DNA from: Nitrospirota bacterium | Lineage (GTDB): Bacteria > Nitrospirota > UBA9217 | Direction of reading: 5' to 3' | Length of the DNA: 64,000 nucleotides | Assembly: GCA_963845065.1 (NCBI GenBank) | Contig: CAWJQQ010000009.1 | Span: 192,001 to 256,000, forward strand | In this document: positions 10,396-19,251 of the stretch, in pieces | How the letters are laid out: each line of letters starts with the position of its first letter | Position numbering within the stretch: the first letter of the stretch is position 1 | The notes under the pieces: generated by a model | What the model was told of the DNA's origin: nothing | Seen by the model: the letters and a program-made list of their open reading frames with translations, nothing else | Databases searched by the model: none | Position numbers and translations under genes: made by a program

Positions 10396-10703
10396 AAATA
10401 AATAAACTTGAGAAGTGAAAAAGGCACTCTTTGCGAAAAATGTCATGGGAACGAAAAAAACGATCAAATGCCGGCAGGGTTATGTCCTCTGTTGCAGTTC
10501 AGGAACATACGGCAACAGAGGATTTGCAACTAGGAGTTTCCTCTCTTTCATTTAATATTGGGGTGACAATTTTATTTTACATCTTTATAATAGTGAGTAG
10601 CCAACAAGGGATAGTAAACTCCGAGCACTATAAGGTTAGATTAACACACACAAAAGGCTGTCCGTCTGAAAAGCAGCGCATCCTTGCATATATCCGCGAT
10701 AAT

Positions 10704-10730
10704 TAAAGTTTTTTTAGACTTAGCCGATAT
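10704..10730 (+). promoter_or_regulatory. Sigma28 (FliA)-type promoter
   Basis: TAAA-N15-GCCGATAT. Confidence 0.6.
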
Positions 10731-10879
10731 AATAAAGTGAATAATTATAATGCCAAAATAAAAGAAATTGAGCAAATAAAGTGAGCAAGACAGGTAAGGG
10801 CAGAAATCGCCAGTGTTCATAATAAGCGGCTCAGAAACGCCTGATTTTACTATTATATAAATACATCTTTTTGGCTTAC

Positions 10880-11185
10880 CAAACTATCCACAGAAAGCCC
10901 CTGGTTTTAACCATGGGGATGAATGCGGGAACTTTGTTTTTCGCCAATTAGTAGACAAATGTACATCTATGCGGTGTTGGGGGTGCAGCATGAAGCGGCA
11001 AAGGGTCGAATTCATCCAACCAGCTTCGGTATCAAGCAAGAGAACACCACGAACCGGAGACAGGGCTGCTCGTCCGTTAAAGGTGGATCAACGACAGTCG
11101 AGGCCGACAACGTTCGTATTGTTGCCGGAGAGCCTGTCGGTACAGCCGCTAGAACCCCCTGGCTTTAGACATGGGGAGTGGTCAG
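10880..11185 (+). mobile_element. 306-bp non-autonomous IS605-group element, an internal deletion derivative of 50767..52430
   Basis: Follows TTAC. Left 91 bp and right 215 bp are nearly identical to the full element; ends GTGGTCAG. Confidence 0.92.
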
Positions 11186-11236
11186 CACATCATCTACGAA
11201 TATCAAATCTAAAAAAATAGAAACGAGGAGGCCTCC

Positions 11237-12118
11237 ATGATGTCCCGTGTTCTAATTGTAGTGTTCATGTTCTTTCTACTGGTGAAACCCGTTTATGCTG
11301 CACAATCTACCATTACTGATGCAGTAGGTTCCGCCTGCATGGGCGATGATAAGTCGCGAAAGCAAACTGAGGATTCAGCACTCACTGACGCGAAGAAGAA
11401 TGCAATTGAGTTCGCCTCTACGTACATTAAGAGCGAAACTGAAGTTAAGAACTTCGCTCTTGAAAAGGATCTGCTGTCCGCTTACGCCCATGCGGAGGTA
11501 AAGCTTCTTCAGGAGCCGGTAAAAGAATGGTACAAGGATCCCAACTCCGGCGACTGTCTCAAACTCAAGATCAAAGCCGAAGTAATTCCTGATACTGCTG
11601 CCATGCAGAAGATGGCAGCACAGAGTTTGGCAGTGATAGATGATCCTTCCGCACCTCTTACAGTCAAAGTATGGACGGACAAGAAGGAATACAAGGAAGG
11701 CGAGAAGGTCAAGGTCTACATCAAAGGGAATAGACCTTTCTACGCTCGGGTAATCTACAAAGACGCCTCCGGTGCGATGGTCCAGATTCTTCCCAACCCT
11801 TACCGGACGGACAATTATTTCAACGGCGGCGCGATATATGAGGTCCCGACCGGGAACGATAAATTCGAACTGGTAGTAAACCCGCCCTTCGGCGAGGAGA
11901 ATGTCATCGTCTATGCAAGCTCATCACCCTTGGGCGAGATCGATACAGAGGCCCAGGGCGGTGTATACGAAGTGAAGACCCAGACAAGGGACATCGGGGT
12001 AAAGACGAGAGGTATAAAGCTGTTAGGGAAATCTCAAGATGGTTCTCCGAGTGCCGTTTCTAAACCAGCAGCGTCGGAGTTTTTTGAGGACAAAGTAGTC
12101 GTAAAGACGGGGAATTGA
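11237..12118 (+). CDS. Exported DUF4384-like domain protein
   Basis: Signal peptide; VWTDKKEYKEGEKVKVY...QILPNPY...PPFGEE motif. Confidence 0.75.
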   Translation: MMSRVLIVVFMFFLLVKPVYAAQSTITDAVGSACMGDDKSRKQTEDSALTDAKKNAIEFASTYIKSETEVKNFALEKDLLSAYAHAEVKLLQEPVKEWYKDPNSGDCLKLKIKAEVIPDTAAMQKMAAQSLAVIDDPSAPLTVKVWTDKKEYKEGEKVKVYIKGNRPFYARVIYKDASGAMVQILPNPYRTDNYFNGGAIYEVPTGNDKFELVVNPPFGEENVIVYASSSPLGEIDTEAQGGVYEVKTQTRDIGVKTRGIKLLGKSQDGSPSAVSKPAASEFFEDKVVVKTGN

Positions 12119-12162
12119 CCACTCCCCATGGTTAAGAGCAGGGGCTTTCTGCAGATGATTTA
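12115..12162 (-). mobile_element. 48-bp single-hairpin IS608-like mini-element (PATE-like)
   Basis: Minus strand reads TTAC | taaatcatctgcag AAAG cccctgctcttaaccatgggg agtgg TCAA. Confidence 0.8.
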
Positions 12163-12178
12163 GTAAAGGGAGGTTTCC

Positions 12179-14182
12179 ATGAAGGTACTGTTTCGCTTTA
12201 TTCTTGGGCTCATACTTATTCTGACGATCACCCCGGCTTTTGCCGATGACCGCGGTGTGACGGTGAAAGAAAAGAGCGGAGCAACGGCCGCTCCGGTCAA
12301 GACCTTCAAGACTACCTACTACGCCCTCGTCATCGGGAATGACCTCTACCTGAACCTTCCCCATCTCCATACCGCAATGAACGACGCCAGGGAAGTGAAC
12401 AGGGTTCTTACCGAGAAGTATAGCTTCAGGACCAAGTTGCTCCTAAACGCCACTCGCGATGATATTCTTGATGCCATCAATAGTTACCGAATGAAATTGA
12501 CAGAGAAAGACAGTTTTCTCATCTATTACGCGGGCCACGGAGAGTATGATAAGGTGGTTGATAAGGCGTACTGGTTACCTGTAGACGCCAAGGCGAACAA
12601 CCCGACGCATTGGATAATGGCTGATGATATCACCTCAAACATCAAGCGGATCGCTTCGAAGCACGTATTGATCGTGTCCGACTCCTGCTATTCTGGAGCG
12701 CTCACTCGGAGTGCAACCATCGACTTGAACAAGAACGTCGGCAGGGGTGAGTTCCTTACAAAGATGATGGATCGTGCTTCGCGCACGCTCATGGCCAGCG
12801 GCGGGAACGAGCCGGTTTCCGACGCCGGCGGCAAAGACAATCACTCAGTATTCGCTTCCGCGCTCCTGACCGCACTTAAAGAGGCGGACAAACCATCCTT
12901 TACCGCAGAAGAACTTTTTCATAACAGGATCAAGGCATTCGTCGCGGGCAGGTCCGAGCAGGTACCGCAATACGGTGATATTCGCAATTCCGGCCACGAA
13001 GGCGGGGACTTTGTTTTTCAGACAGGCAGCATCGCTGAAGCTAACATAAGCCAGGACACCTCACCAGCAGTCAGTGGAAATTCTACAAACAGGCTGTACA
13101 TCGTCGTGCGCAAGGAAACAATCGAGGAAATACCCTTCAATGGGTTCAATACACAATGCGATGGGTATGGAGATTCAGGTATCAAATACACCAGCCCTGA
13201 AGGATCGGTCACCATACCATGGAAAGATATTGAATATATCCTGCCTGCTTTTGGCGAGGGGAAGCTAGTTTCTGGAGTAAATTTCAAGACAGATACCCTT
13301 CTGCCCAAGTCCTGTACTGATGGTTTTGTTCAATATACAAAGGATAAGCTTGTCACTGTTCTCGGCTACCAGCAAGTGAACCGGCAGGAGATCAGACTCA
13401 ATCTTAATGATATCGATGTAATCGCCTTCAGCAAGGCGGGATTAAAGATGGGAAAGAGTGATTTTTTGAAATTCGTTTCGGACAAAGACACCGTAGGGAA
13501 AGAATGGATAGACAAGGGCCTGGCCTTAATGAATTCGGAAAATTATGAGGGAGCGCTTAGTGCGTTTAATAAGGCAGTGGAAATCAACCCCAATAACCCT
13601 TGGGCCTACATAGACAAAGGATGGGCGCTGAACGGTCTCGGAAATTATGACCAGGCAATAAAAGAGTTTAATAGAGCTGTGGACATTGATCCCCAAATAC
13701 CGTGGATTTATGTATACAGGGCACAATCATACATCTGCTTAGGGAATTACCAGCAGGGCCTTCTCGATGTAGACAAGGTAACCAGTCTGGACGCAACTAT
13801 ATCTTGGGCATATATTAACCGGGGTTGGGCATATCTCGGCCTTGGTAAAAACAACGAGGCTATCGCGGATTTAGACAAAGCCGCTCAAATGGATCCTAAA
13901 AATCTATTTATTTATCTTTTCCGGGCATGGGCTCATAACGCCCTCGGCAACAAACGTCAAGCATTGGAAGATTTTGACAAAAGTCTTGATCTGGCGCCGA
14001 ATAGCTCATTTCCGCATTGGAATATAGCGACGTATTATGCTCTTGGCGGTGAAAAGGAGAAATCTATTGCAGAGTTGAGAAAAACAATTAGTATCAACGG
14101 CACATTTAAACAAAAAGCAAAAACGGACAAAAACTTTCAGTCACTCTGGAATGATAGCGATTTCAAAAAGCTGGTTGAATGA
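12179..14182 (+). CDS. Exported caspase-family (peptidase C14) protein with C-terminal TPR array
   Basis: YALVIGN, His motif YYAGHG, Cys motif SDSCYSG, about 6 TPRs, signal peptide. Confidence 0.9.
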   Translation: MKVLFRFILGLILILTITPAFADDRGVTVKEKSGATAAPVKTFKTTYYALVIGNDLYLNLPHLHTAMNDAREVNRVLTEKYSFRTKLLLNATRDDILDAINSYRMKLTEKDSFLIYYAGHGEYDKVVDKAYWLPVDAKANNPTHWIMADDITSNIKRIASKHVLIVSDSCYSGALTRSATIDLNKNVGRGEFLTKMMDRASRTLMASGGNEPVSDAGGKDNHSVFASALLTALKEADKPSFTAEELFHNRIKAFVAGRSEQVPQYGDIRNSGHEGGDFVFQTGSIAEANISQDTSPAVSGNSTNRLYIVVRKETIEEIPFNGFNTQCDGYGDSGIKYTSPEGSVTIPWKDIEYILPAFGEGKLVSGVNFKTDTLLPKSCTDGFVQYTKDKLVTVLGYQQVNRQEIRLNLNDIDVIAFSKAGLKMGKSDFLKFVSDKDTVGKEWIDKGLALMNSENYEGALSAFNKAVEINPNNPWAYIDKGWALNGLGNYDQAIKEFNRAVDIDPQIPWIYVYRAQSYICLGNYQQGLLDVDKVTSLDATISWAYINRGWAYLGLGKNNEAIADLDKAAQMDPKNLFIYLFRAWAHNALGNKRQALEDFDKSLDLAPNSSFPHWNIATYYALGGEKEKSIAELRKTISINGTFKQKAKTDKNFQSLWNDSDFKKLVE

Positions 14183-14460
14183 GGTAAGCTTGCTTATTAC
14201 CTGAATCATGCACACTGAAGAAGGAAAAAAGATAAAATCAAAACGTTGCCCAATACGGAAACTGTTACCAGACGCTGATGGAGACCTCGTGTTGAATCAC
14301 GTGCTGAACGTGTCGCGTTTCTGCATGAGATATCTGAAAAAACAAATATACGTTCAGAAAAAGTCAGATTCGTTTGCATGATTAACAACGCAATTGCTCT
14401 ATTTCTCATCTTTGCAAAAGCTCGCATCGCCATGTCCTCGCAAAAACAATCAGTTATCTT

Positions 14461-14477
14461 TTGGCATGCTATCTGCA
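14461..14477 (+). promoter_or_regulatory. Sigma54 -24/-12 promoter
   Basis: TTGGCATGCTATCTGCA (GG-N10-GC), conserved in all three copies. Confidence 0.75.
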
Positions 14478-14514
14478 ATATACAATGCAAGACTGACAAA
14501 AGGGGGACAATAAA

Positions 14515-14829
14515 ATGAATACCAAAATTTCAAAAAAAACAGCTTACATCGGCGCAGGCGCAGGAATCGTTCTCTTCGCGATCTTCGGTCTTCTTCCCGG
14601 CAGCCTTCTGGGCGGCGCAGCCGGAATAAAATTAGCCGGAATGTTCTTCGGGCTTCCGCTGGACCCGGGAATCATCTCACGCGCAATCGTGCTCGCGTCC
14701 ATGCTGGTGGGCGTCATGGTGTCCGGAATCACGTTCGTAACTGCCACATCCACCATGGGCTGGCTCTTCGGCAGAGTGCTCGAGGGCGGGCACGCATCGG
14801 AAAAGACATCGATGGCCGGCAGCAAATAA
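14515..14829 (+). CDS. Small Gly-rich membrane protein A (copy 1)
   Basis: 104 aa, hydrophobic, GxxxG-rich, RBS present. Confidence 0.85.
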   Translation: MNTKISKKTAYIGAGAGIVLFAIFGLLPGSLLGGAAGIKLAGMFFGLPLDPGIISRAIVLASMLVGVMVSGITFVTATSTMGWLFGRVLEGGHASEKTSMAGSK

Positions 14830-14877
14830 CGAAATAGCTAAAATTATAAAAAGATTGTACTATTGGGAGAAAAAATC

Positions 14878-15195
14878 ATGAAGAACGAATCGGTAAAAAC
14901 GGGCATGAAGATTGGCGCCGCGGTTGGCGGGCTAGTATTCCTGGTGTTCGGGATCATGCCGGGATTCTATTTCGGCAGCTACGGGACGCTTATCATGATC
15001 CAGAGGCTGATGGGCGGCGCAGTGGAGCCCACGCTCTTTGTCAGGGCGGCGGTGGTGATGGGGATCGTGATCGGGATATCCTGCGCAGCTGCAGTCTGCC
15101 TCGTGGTCGGCGGGCTTCTCGGGACGATGGCTGGCTTGGTGGTGTCCACGTCCGCGACGGCCGGCGAGACGCAGGAGGTTTCGGTGAAGTCGTAA
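14878..15195 (+). CDS. Small Gly-rich membrane protein B (copy 1), paralogue of A
   Basis: 105 aa from MKNESV; FG(L/I)(L/M)PG and P...RA motifs are shared with A. Confidence 0.85.
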   Translation: MKNESVKTGMKIGAAVGGLVFLVFGIMPGFYFGSYGTLIMIQRLMGGAVEPTLFVRAAVVMGIVIGISCAAAVCLVVGGLLGTMAGLVVSTSATAGETQEVSVKS

Positions 15196-15258
15196 ATGTA
15201 ATGTACTGAGCTTCAAGCATGAAATAAACTTCTCGGCAATGCTTCGGAAAAATATCAT

Positions 15259-15279
15259 AGGCGATGAGAAATCATCGCC
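15259..15279 (+). terminator. Hairpin after the A/B pair
   Basis: ggcgatga-gaaa-tcatcgcc; followed by a T-run in copy 3. Confidence 0.6.
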
Positions 15280-15526
15280 CGTTACATTTTAGAAGACATT
15301 TAGAATCGTTGTTAGAGCTGCCTTGCGGTTTGTTTCCTGCACTTATTCCCGGATATATTCTTTGAATTCCGAAGGACATTCGTGGAAATTTGAGGGCTGG
15401 TTTAAAAGAATTAAACATGCTTAACTTATCAACTCAACTCATGAAGCATGTGAGTTTGATCACCATCGATGCATGTTATAATGTGAAGTCTGCATACCAA
15501 CGCATTCGGAGTTCAGCCTATTAAAC

Positions 15527-15563
15527 AAAAAAAGGCCTAGAGGGAACAACCTCTAAGCCTTTT
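15527..15563 (-). terminator. Intrinsic terminator for the 61-aa ORF
   Basis: A-run plus aggcctagagg...cctctaagcct. Confidence 0.6.
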
Positions 15564-15629
15564 CTCTTGAAGGGAGGTCAAGAGTCTTCTTCGAGACAGG
15601 AAAGCGGCAATAATGTGTGAACGTAATTT

Positions 15630-15815
15630 CTACAAGCAGGTTGCCTCAACTACCTCATGCGCTTCGACCCTGCCGACATCCGCTTGCTGATAATAGATGT
15701 ATTCACCTACCATATCAAAAAGCTCTTTACGGGGAATATCGGGCTCAATATCGAGAACTTCCTCTTTAAAATAATTTGCAGAATCGACCGTCCATTTATC
15801 GAATGTCTTATTCAT
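15630..15815 (-). CDS. Small acidic hypothetical protein (61 aa)
   Basis: GGAGG RBS, MNKTFDKW...; second copy at 33849..34034. Confidence 0.65.
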   Translation of the reverse strand: MNKTFDKWTVDSANYFKEEVLDIEPDIPRKELFDMVGEYIYYQQADVGRVEAHEVVEATCL

Positions 15816-16039
15816 ATTGCCTCCTTCCAGGCTGCGGAATTGTTGATAATATGAGAGGTGATGTACTGGTGTCGATACGTCGAATTGCAATTCAGTAACT
15901 TGGGGAAATTGTTATTGCCTCAGTGGGAGGGATGCCCACGCGCCTGAGCCGGGGAGGATCAATACAGCGAACCCTCTAGTTCAAGCTAATCCCGATATAT
16001 ACTATTGAGTGGCCAACCAGACCTCCGGGGAGGCAAGGT

Positions 16040-16186
16040 TTAGAACGCCATTGCCAATACGATCAAGATGATCAAAAACAAGATGTTTCCGATTATTCCG
16101 AACAAGCGGGACGCCATGCTCCGTCGCAAGCTTGTTTCGAACCCGCCGGTGCTCTCGCGATACATGAAATGTTTTAGCGCAATCAA
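16040..16186 (-). CDS. 48-aa peptide with a C-terminal transmembrane segment
   Basis: AGGAGG RBS plus TTG: MIALKHFMYRESTGGFETSLRRSMASRLFGIIGNILFLIILIVLAMAF. Confidence 0.55.
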   Translation of the reverse strand: MIALKHFMYRESTGGFETSLRRSMASRLFGIIGNILFLIILIVLAMAF

Positions 16187-16226
16187 GTGATTAACCTCCT
16201 AAGTCATGAGAAACGAAAGTTTTTTT

Positions 16227-16418
16227 TTAAATTTCCGAGCTCATCACGCTGCTCAATTTCGTTCGATCGGCACACTTCGGTTGATAGCCTGAACAAATTG
16301 AGCGGCAACACGGGAGTATCGCTCTGCTTAGCTCTCTTTTTCCCGTAATTCTTCTAAGAGGTCCATAGTTGCAATTCACCACAGGAATTCCCCAACTCTC
16401 ATAGTCAGTTCGTTTCAT
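16227..16418 (-). CDS. Small Cys-rich peptide (63 aa)
   Basis: GGAGG RBS; ESWGIPVVNCNY...LPCCRSICS. Confidence 0.6.
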   Translation of the reverse strand: MKRTDYESWGIPVVNCNYGPLRRITGKRELSRAILPCCRSICSGYQPKCADRTKLSSVMSSEI

Positions 16419-16585
16419 GGTAAATCAACCTCCCTCCCGTTTAGGATCGTACGTCGCAATCTTGCTTCGAATCCACCGGTGCTCTCGCGATACAAGGAAT
16501 GTTTCAGCGCAATCAAGTGCTTAACCTCCTCGATCATTGGAAAAGCAGCGCTTTTTTAAAATTACAAGTTCATCGCACTGCTCTA

Positions 16586-16747
16586 TTACATTTGACCACC
16601 ACACACCTTTTTACAGCGTGAACACACTGAGCGGCCACACGGGAGTGCCGCTCTGCTTTGTTCTCTTTCTCCCGTAACTCTTCTGAAGGGTGCGTAGTTG
16701 CAATTCATCACAGCAATTCCCCAACTCTCAAAGTCAGCTCGTCTCAT
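16586..16747 (-). CDS. Small Cys-rich peptide paralogue (53 aa)
   Basis: GGAGG RBS; MRRADFESWGIAVMNCNYAPFRRVTGEREQSRAALPCGRSVCSRCKKVCGGQM. Confidence 0.6.
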   Translation of the reverse strand: MRRADFESWGIAVMNCNYAPFRRVTGEREQSRAALPCGRSVCSRCKKVCGGQM

Positions 16748-16887
16748 GGTAAATTAATCCTCCTACTATTTAGGATCGTTATTTGACTTCGCGATAACGT
16801 GTTTAAACTGATTATTATGCCTGCCTAACATCTACTTTTACTACAGCTTGTTTTTTTGTTAATTAATATTAGCCGCTGAGATGGTAT

Positions 16888-17030
16888 ACGTCCAATATCT
16901 TGTTAGTTGTAAAATGAAACATTATAAATATGGGAAGACCAATATCTTTTTGGTTATGAAACGAAACATTATAAATATGGGACGTCCAATATCTTTTAGG
17001 TTATAAAACGAAACATTATAAGTATGGGAC
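16888..17030. repeat. Three head-to-tail 47-bp tandem repeats
   Basis: ccaatatct recurs at 16892, 16939 and 16986; unit contains gaaacattataa(a/g)tatggga. Confidence 0.9.
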
Positions 17031-17157
17031 TAAGACAGCTCAAATATTTTGTTGCAAGGGGGAGTGGATGAACTTGCGCATTTACTTTCCGGAGAAATAC
17101 CAGAATAAGAATTATGCAAAAGACGAAAGCTAGCTACCATGATATTAAAAACGAACT

Positions 17158-17238
17158 GGCAGCCTGTGCTGCTTATACGATAATTATTCTTTGCAGTTTC
17201 AACACATGTGAAGGGGATGTCCGATTAGTTACGCTTTT
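17158..17238. repeat. About 80-bp direct repeat, copy 2
   Basis: Matches 10313..10395. Confidence 0.85.
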
Positions 17239-17448
17239 TATCTCAATGCGCCGTAAGACCCGGTTGTGAGGCCGGGGAGGAGGTCAAAAAAGGAAAACCT
17301 TAAACAGTGAAAAAGACCTCATTACAAAAGGTGTCATGAGAATTATGGCGTTGCAGCTACCAATGAAATGAGGACGAGAGCGATTGCTGATGACTTTAAA
17401 GGCGTATTGGGGTAACATTTAAAAGATAAATACTAATGAAGTCGTACA

Positions 17449-19251
17449 ATGACGAATCCCCTCACCTTAATATCTAAATCCCTCGCGGCGAAACTTATTA
17501 TTGCCCTTATATCGGTCATCATAATCGGCGCAGGCATATCGTGGTACACGTTGATCCATACGGGCAGGAGAAATCTTATACACGACGCCGTGAAGGAAGC
17601 CACCGCGTACTCCGATCTCATTAAAAGAAGCATACGATACGATATGCTCACAGTCAACAGAGAAGCGATACAGCGGACCATAGACGACCTCAAATCGGCG
17701 ACAGATATCAAGGGGATCAAACTGTTCGACAGCACAGGGAGGATTTTTTACTCTTCAACGGAGGCGGAAATCGGGCAGCAGATCGACAGGACTTCCCAAG
17801 TATGTAAGGGCTGTCATATCGGCAACAATAAACCTTCCGGAAATCTGGCTGGCACGGGCCAATGGGCGACCTATCGGGGAACGGATGGATATAATGTGCT
17901 GACCTTCATTGATCCAATCTACAACGAACTTTCCTGCTCGCAGGCTGCCTGCCATGTTCATGCCCCTACCAAGCGCATACTCGGCATCCTTGAGTCGGAT
18001 TTTTCTCTTGCTCCCGTCGATAGAAGAATTCAAGAGCAAATGGTGAACACAACAGTTTACGCCGTTGTATTAATGAGCGTCATCTCCACCATCCTCTACA
18101 TGGTTATCAGGAAGTTTGTGTTGAAACCCATGTCGACCCTTTCGAAGGCCATGGGATATGTTAAACAGGGGTACCTTGGCCGCACCGTAACAGCGGCTTC
18201 ACAGGATGAAGTAGGCCAACTCGTCGGGTCTTTCAATGAAATGACACAAGAGCTCAAAACGGCGAGGGAACGGTTGAAGAATTGGACGGAGAGCCTCGAA
18301 TGTGAGATAGCAAAAAAGAGCGATGAGCTGAAGAAATCCCAGGACAAGTTGATTGAGGCAGAGAAGTTGGCTGCGCTGGGCAGGCTTACTGCGGACGTGG
18401 CGCACTCAATACGAAACCCTCTTACCGCAATAGGCGGGTTTGCACGCATACTCTATAAAAGCGCTTTAGCCGAAAAAGAAAAAAAACGTGTGGAAGTCAT
18501 CGTCGCGGAGGTCGCCAGGCTTGAGAAAATATTGAGGGATGTGCTGATGTTCTCCCGTGATGTGCGATACCATCTTGAAAAACACCGTGTTGAAGACTTA
18601 GTGGTTGATGTGGTCAACATGTTTGAGCATACAAGCAGCGAACAATCCGTGACCGTAGAGCTAGCGATAGAAAAAAATCTTCCGCCCATTTTGATGGACA
18701 GGGACCAGGTCAGGCATGCGCTAATCAACATCATAACTAATGCGCTCGACGCGATGCCCCGCGGCGGCGTCCTGAAGATTACTGCAGGGAGTGATTACCT
18801 TCACGGTGTGCGATACGTTTACTTGCGGGTTGCAGACACGGGGGAGGGGATCGGTGAAGATAAAATATCTCTGATTTTCGATCCTTTCTTTACCACAAAG
18901 ATTATAGATCACGGCACTGGCCTTGGTCTGTCAATAACGAGAAAGATCATGGAAGAACACAGCGGCTTTACTAAGGCGGAGAGCACCAAAGGGAAAGGCT
19001 CCACTTTCAGCCTGTATTTCCCACAGCAAAGCGATGAGGAATCAGATGAAATAAAATGCTGGGAATACATGAAATGCGGAAGGGATAAAGATGCAACCTC
19101 GAAATGTCCCGCAAACCCGAATTTCGGAAGGAGCTGCTGGGCAGTGGCGGGCACGTTCTGCGAAGGCAAAGTTCAGGGTACCTTTGCACAGAAATACGAG
19201 GATTGCGTAAAATGTGATTTTTATCAGATGGTACAAAAACTGAGGAAATAA
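17449..19251 (+). CDS. Membrane sensor histidine kinase with heme-c motif(s), HAMP and a C-terminal Cys/Trp (two-CW-like) domain
   Basis: CKGCH and CSQAACH between two TM helices; AHSIRNPL H-box; GTGLGL; KCWEYMKC...CWAVAGTFC. Confidence 0.9.
   Translation: MTNPLTLISKSLAAKLIIALISVIIIGAGISWYTLIHTGRRNLIHDAVKEATAYSDLIKRSIRYDMLTVNREAIQRTIDDLKSATDIKGIKLFDSTGRIFYSSTEAEIGQQIDRTSQVCKGCHIGNNKPSGNLAGTGQWATYRGTDGYNVLTFIDPIYNELSCSQAACHVHAPTKRILGILESDFSLAPVDRRIQEQMVNTTVYAVVLMSVISTILYMVIRKFVLKPMSTLSKAMGYVKQGYLGRTVTAASQDEVGQLVGSFNEMTQELKTARERLKNWTESLECEIAKKSDELKKSQDKLIEAEKLAALGRLTADVAHSIRNPLTAIGGFARILYKSALAEKEKKRVEVIVAEVARLEKILRDVLMFSRDVRYHLEKHRVEDLVVDVVNMFEHTSSEQSVTVELAIEKNLPPILMDRDQVRHALINIITNALDAMPRGGVLKITAGSDYLHGVRYVYLRVADTGEGIGEDKISLIFDPFFTTKIIDHGTGLGLSITRKIMEEHSGFTKAESTKGKGSTFSLYFPQQSDEESDEIKCWEYMKCGRDKDATSKCPANPNFGRSCWAVAGTFCEGKVQGTFAQKYEDCVKCDFYQMVQKLRK

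Larger units (their letters stand above)
14249..15278 (+). repeat. Segmental repeat copy 1; near-identical inverted copy at 55837..56869, more diverged direct copy at about 32550..34088
   Basis: Direct nucleotide comparison by eye. Confidence 0.92.
16130..16780. repeat. Tandem duplication of an about 330-bp unit
   Basis: ccggtgctctcgcgatac...tttaggatcgt occurs twice with about 330-bp spacing. Confidence 0.9.

Noticed and set aside
10923..11220. 81-aa and 83-aa ORFs
   Set aside because: They are reading frames across the mini-IS that merely reproduce the tnpB tail.
16888..17030. CRISPR array
   Set aside because: The repeats are contiguous with no unique spacers, and no cas1/cas2 is present.
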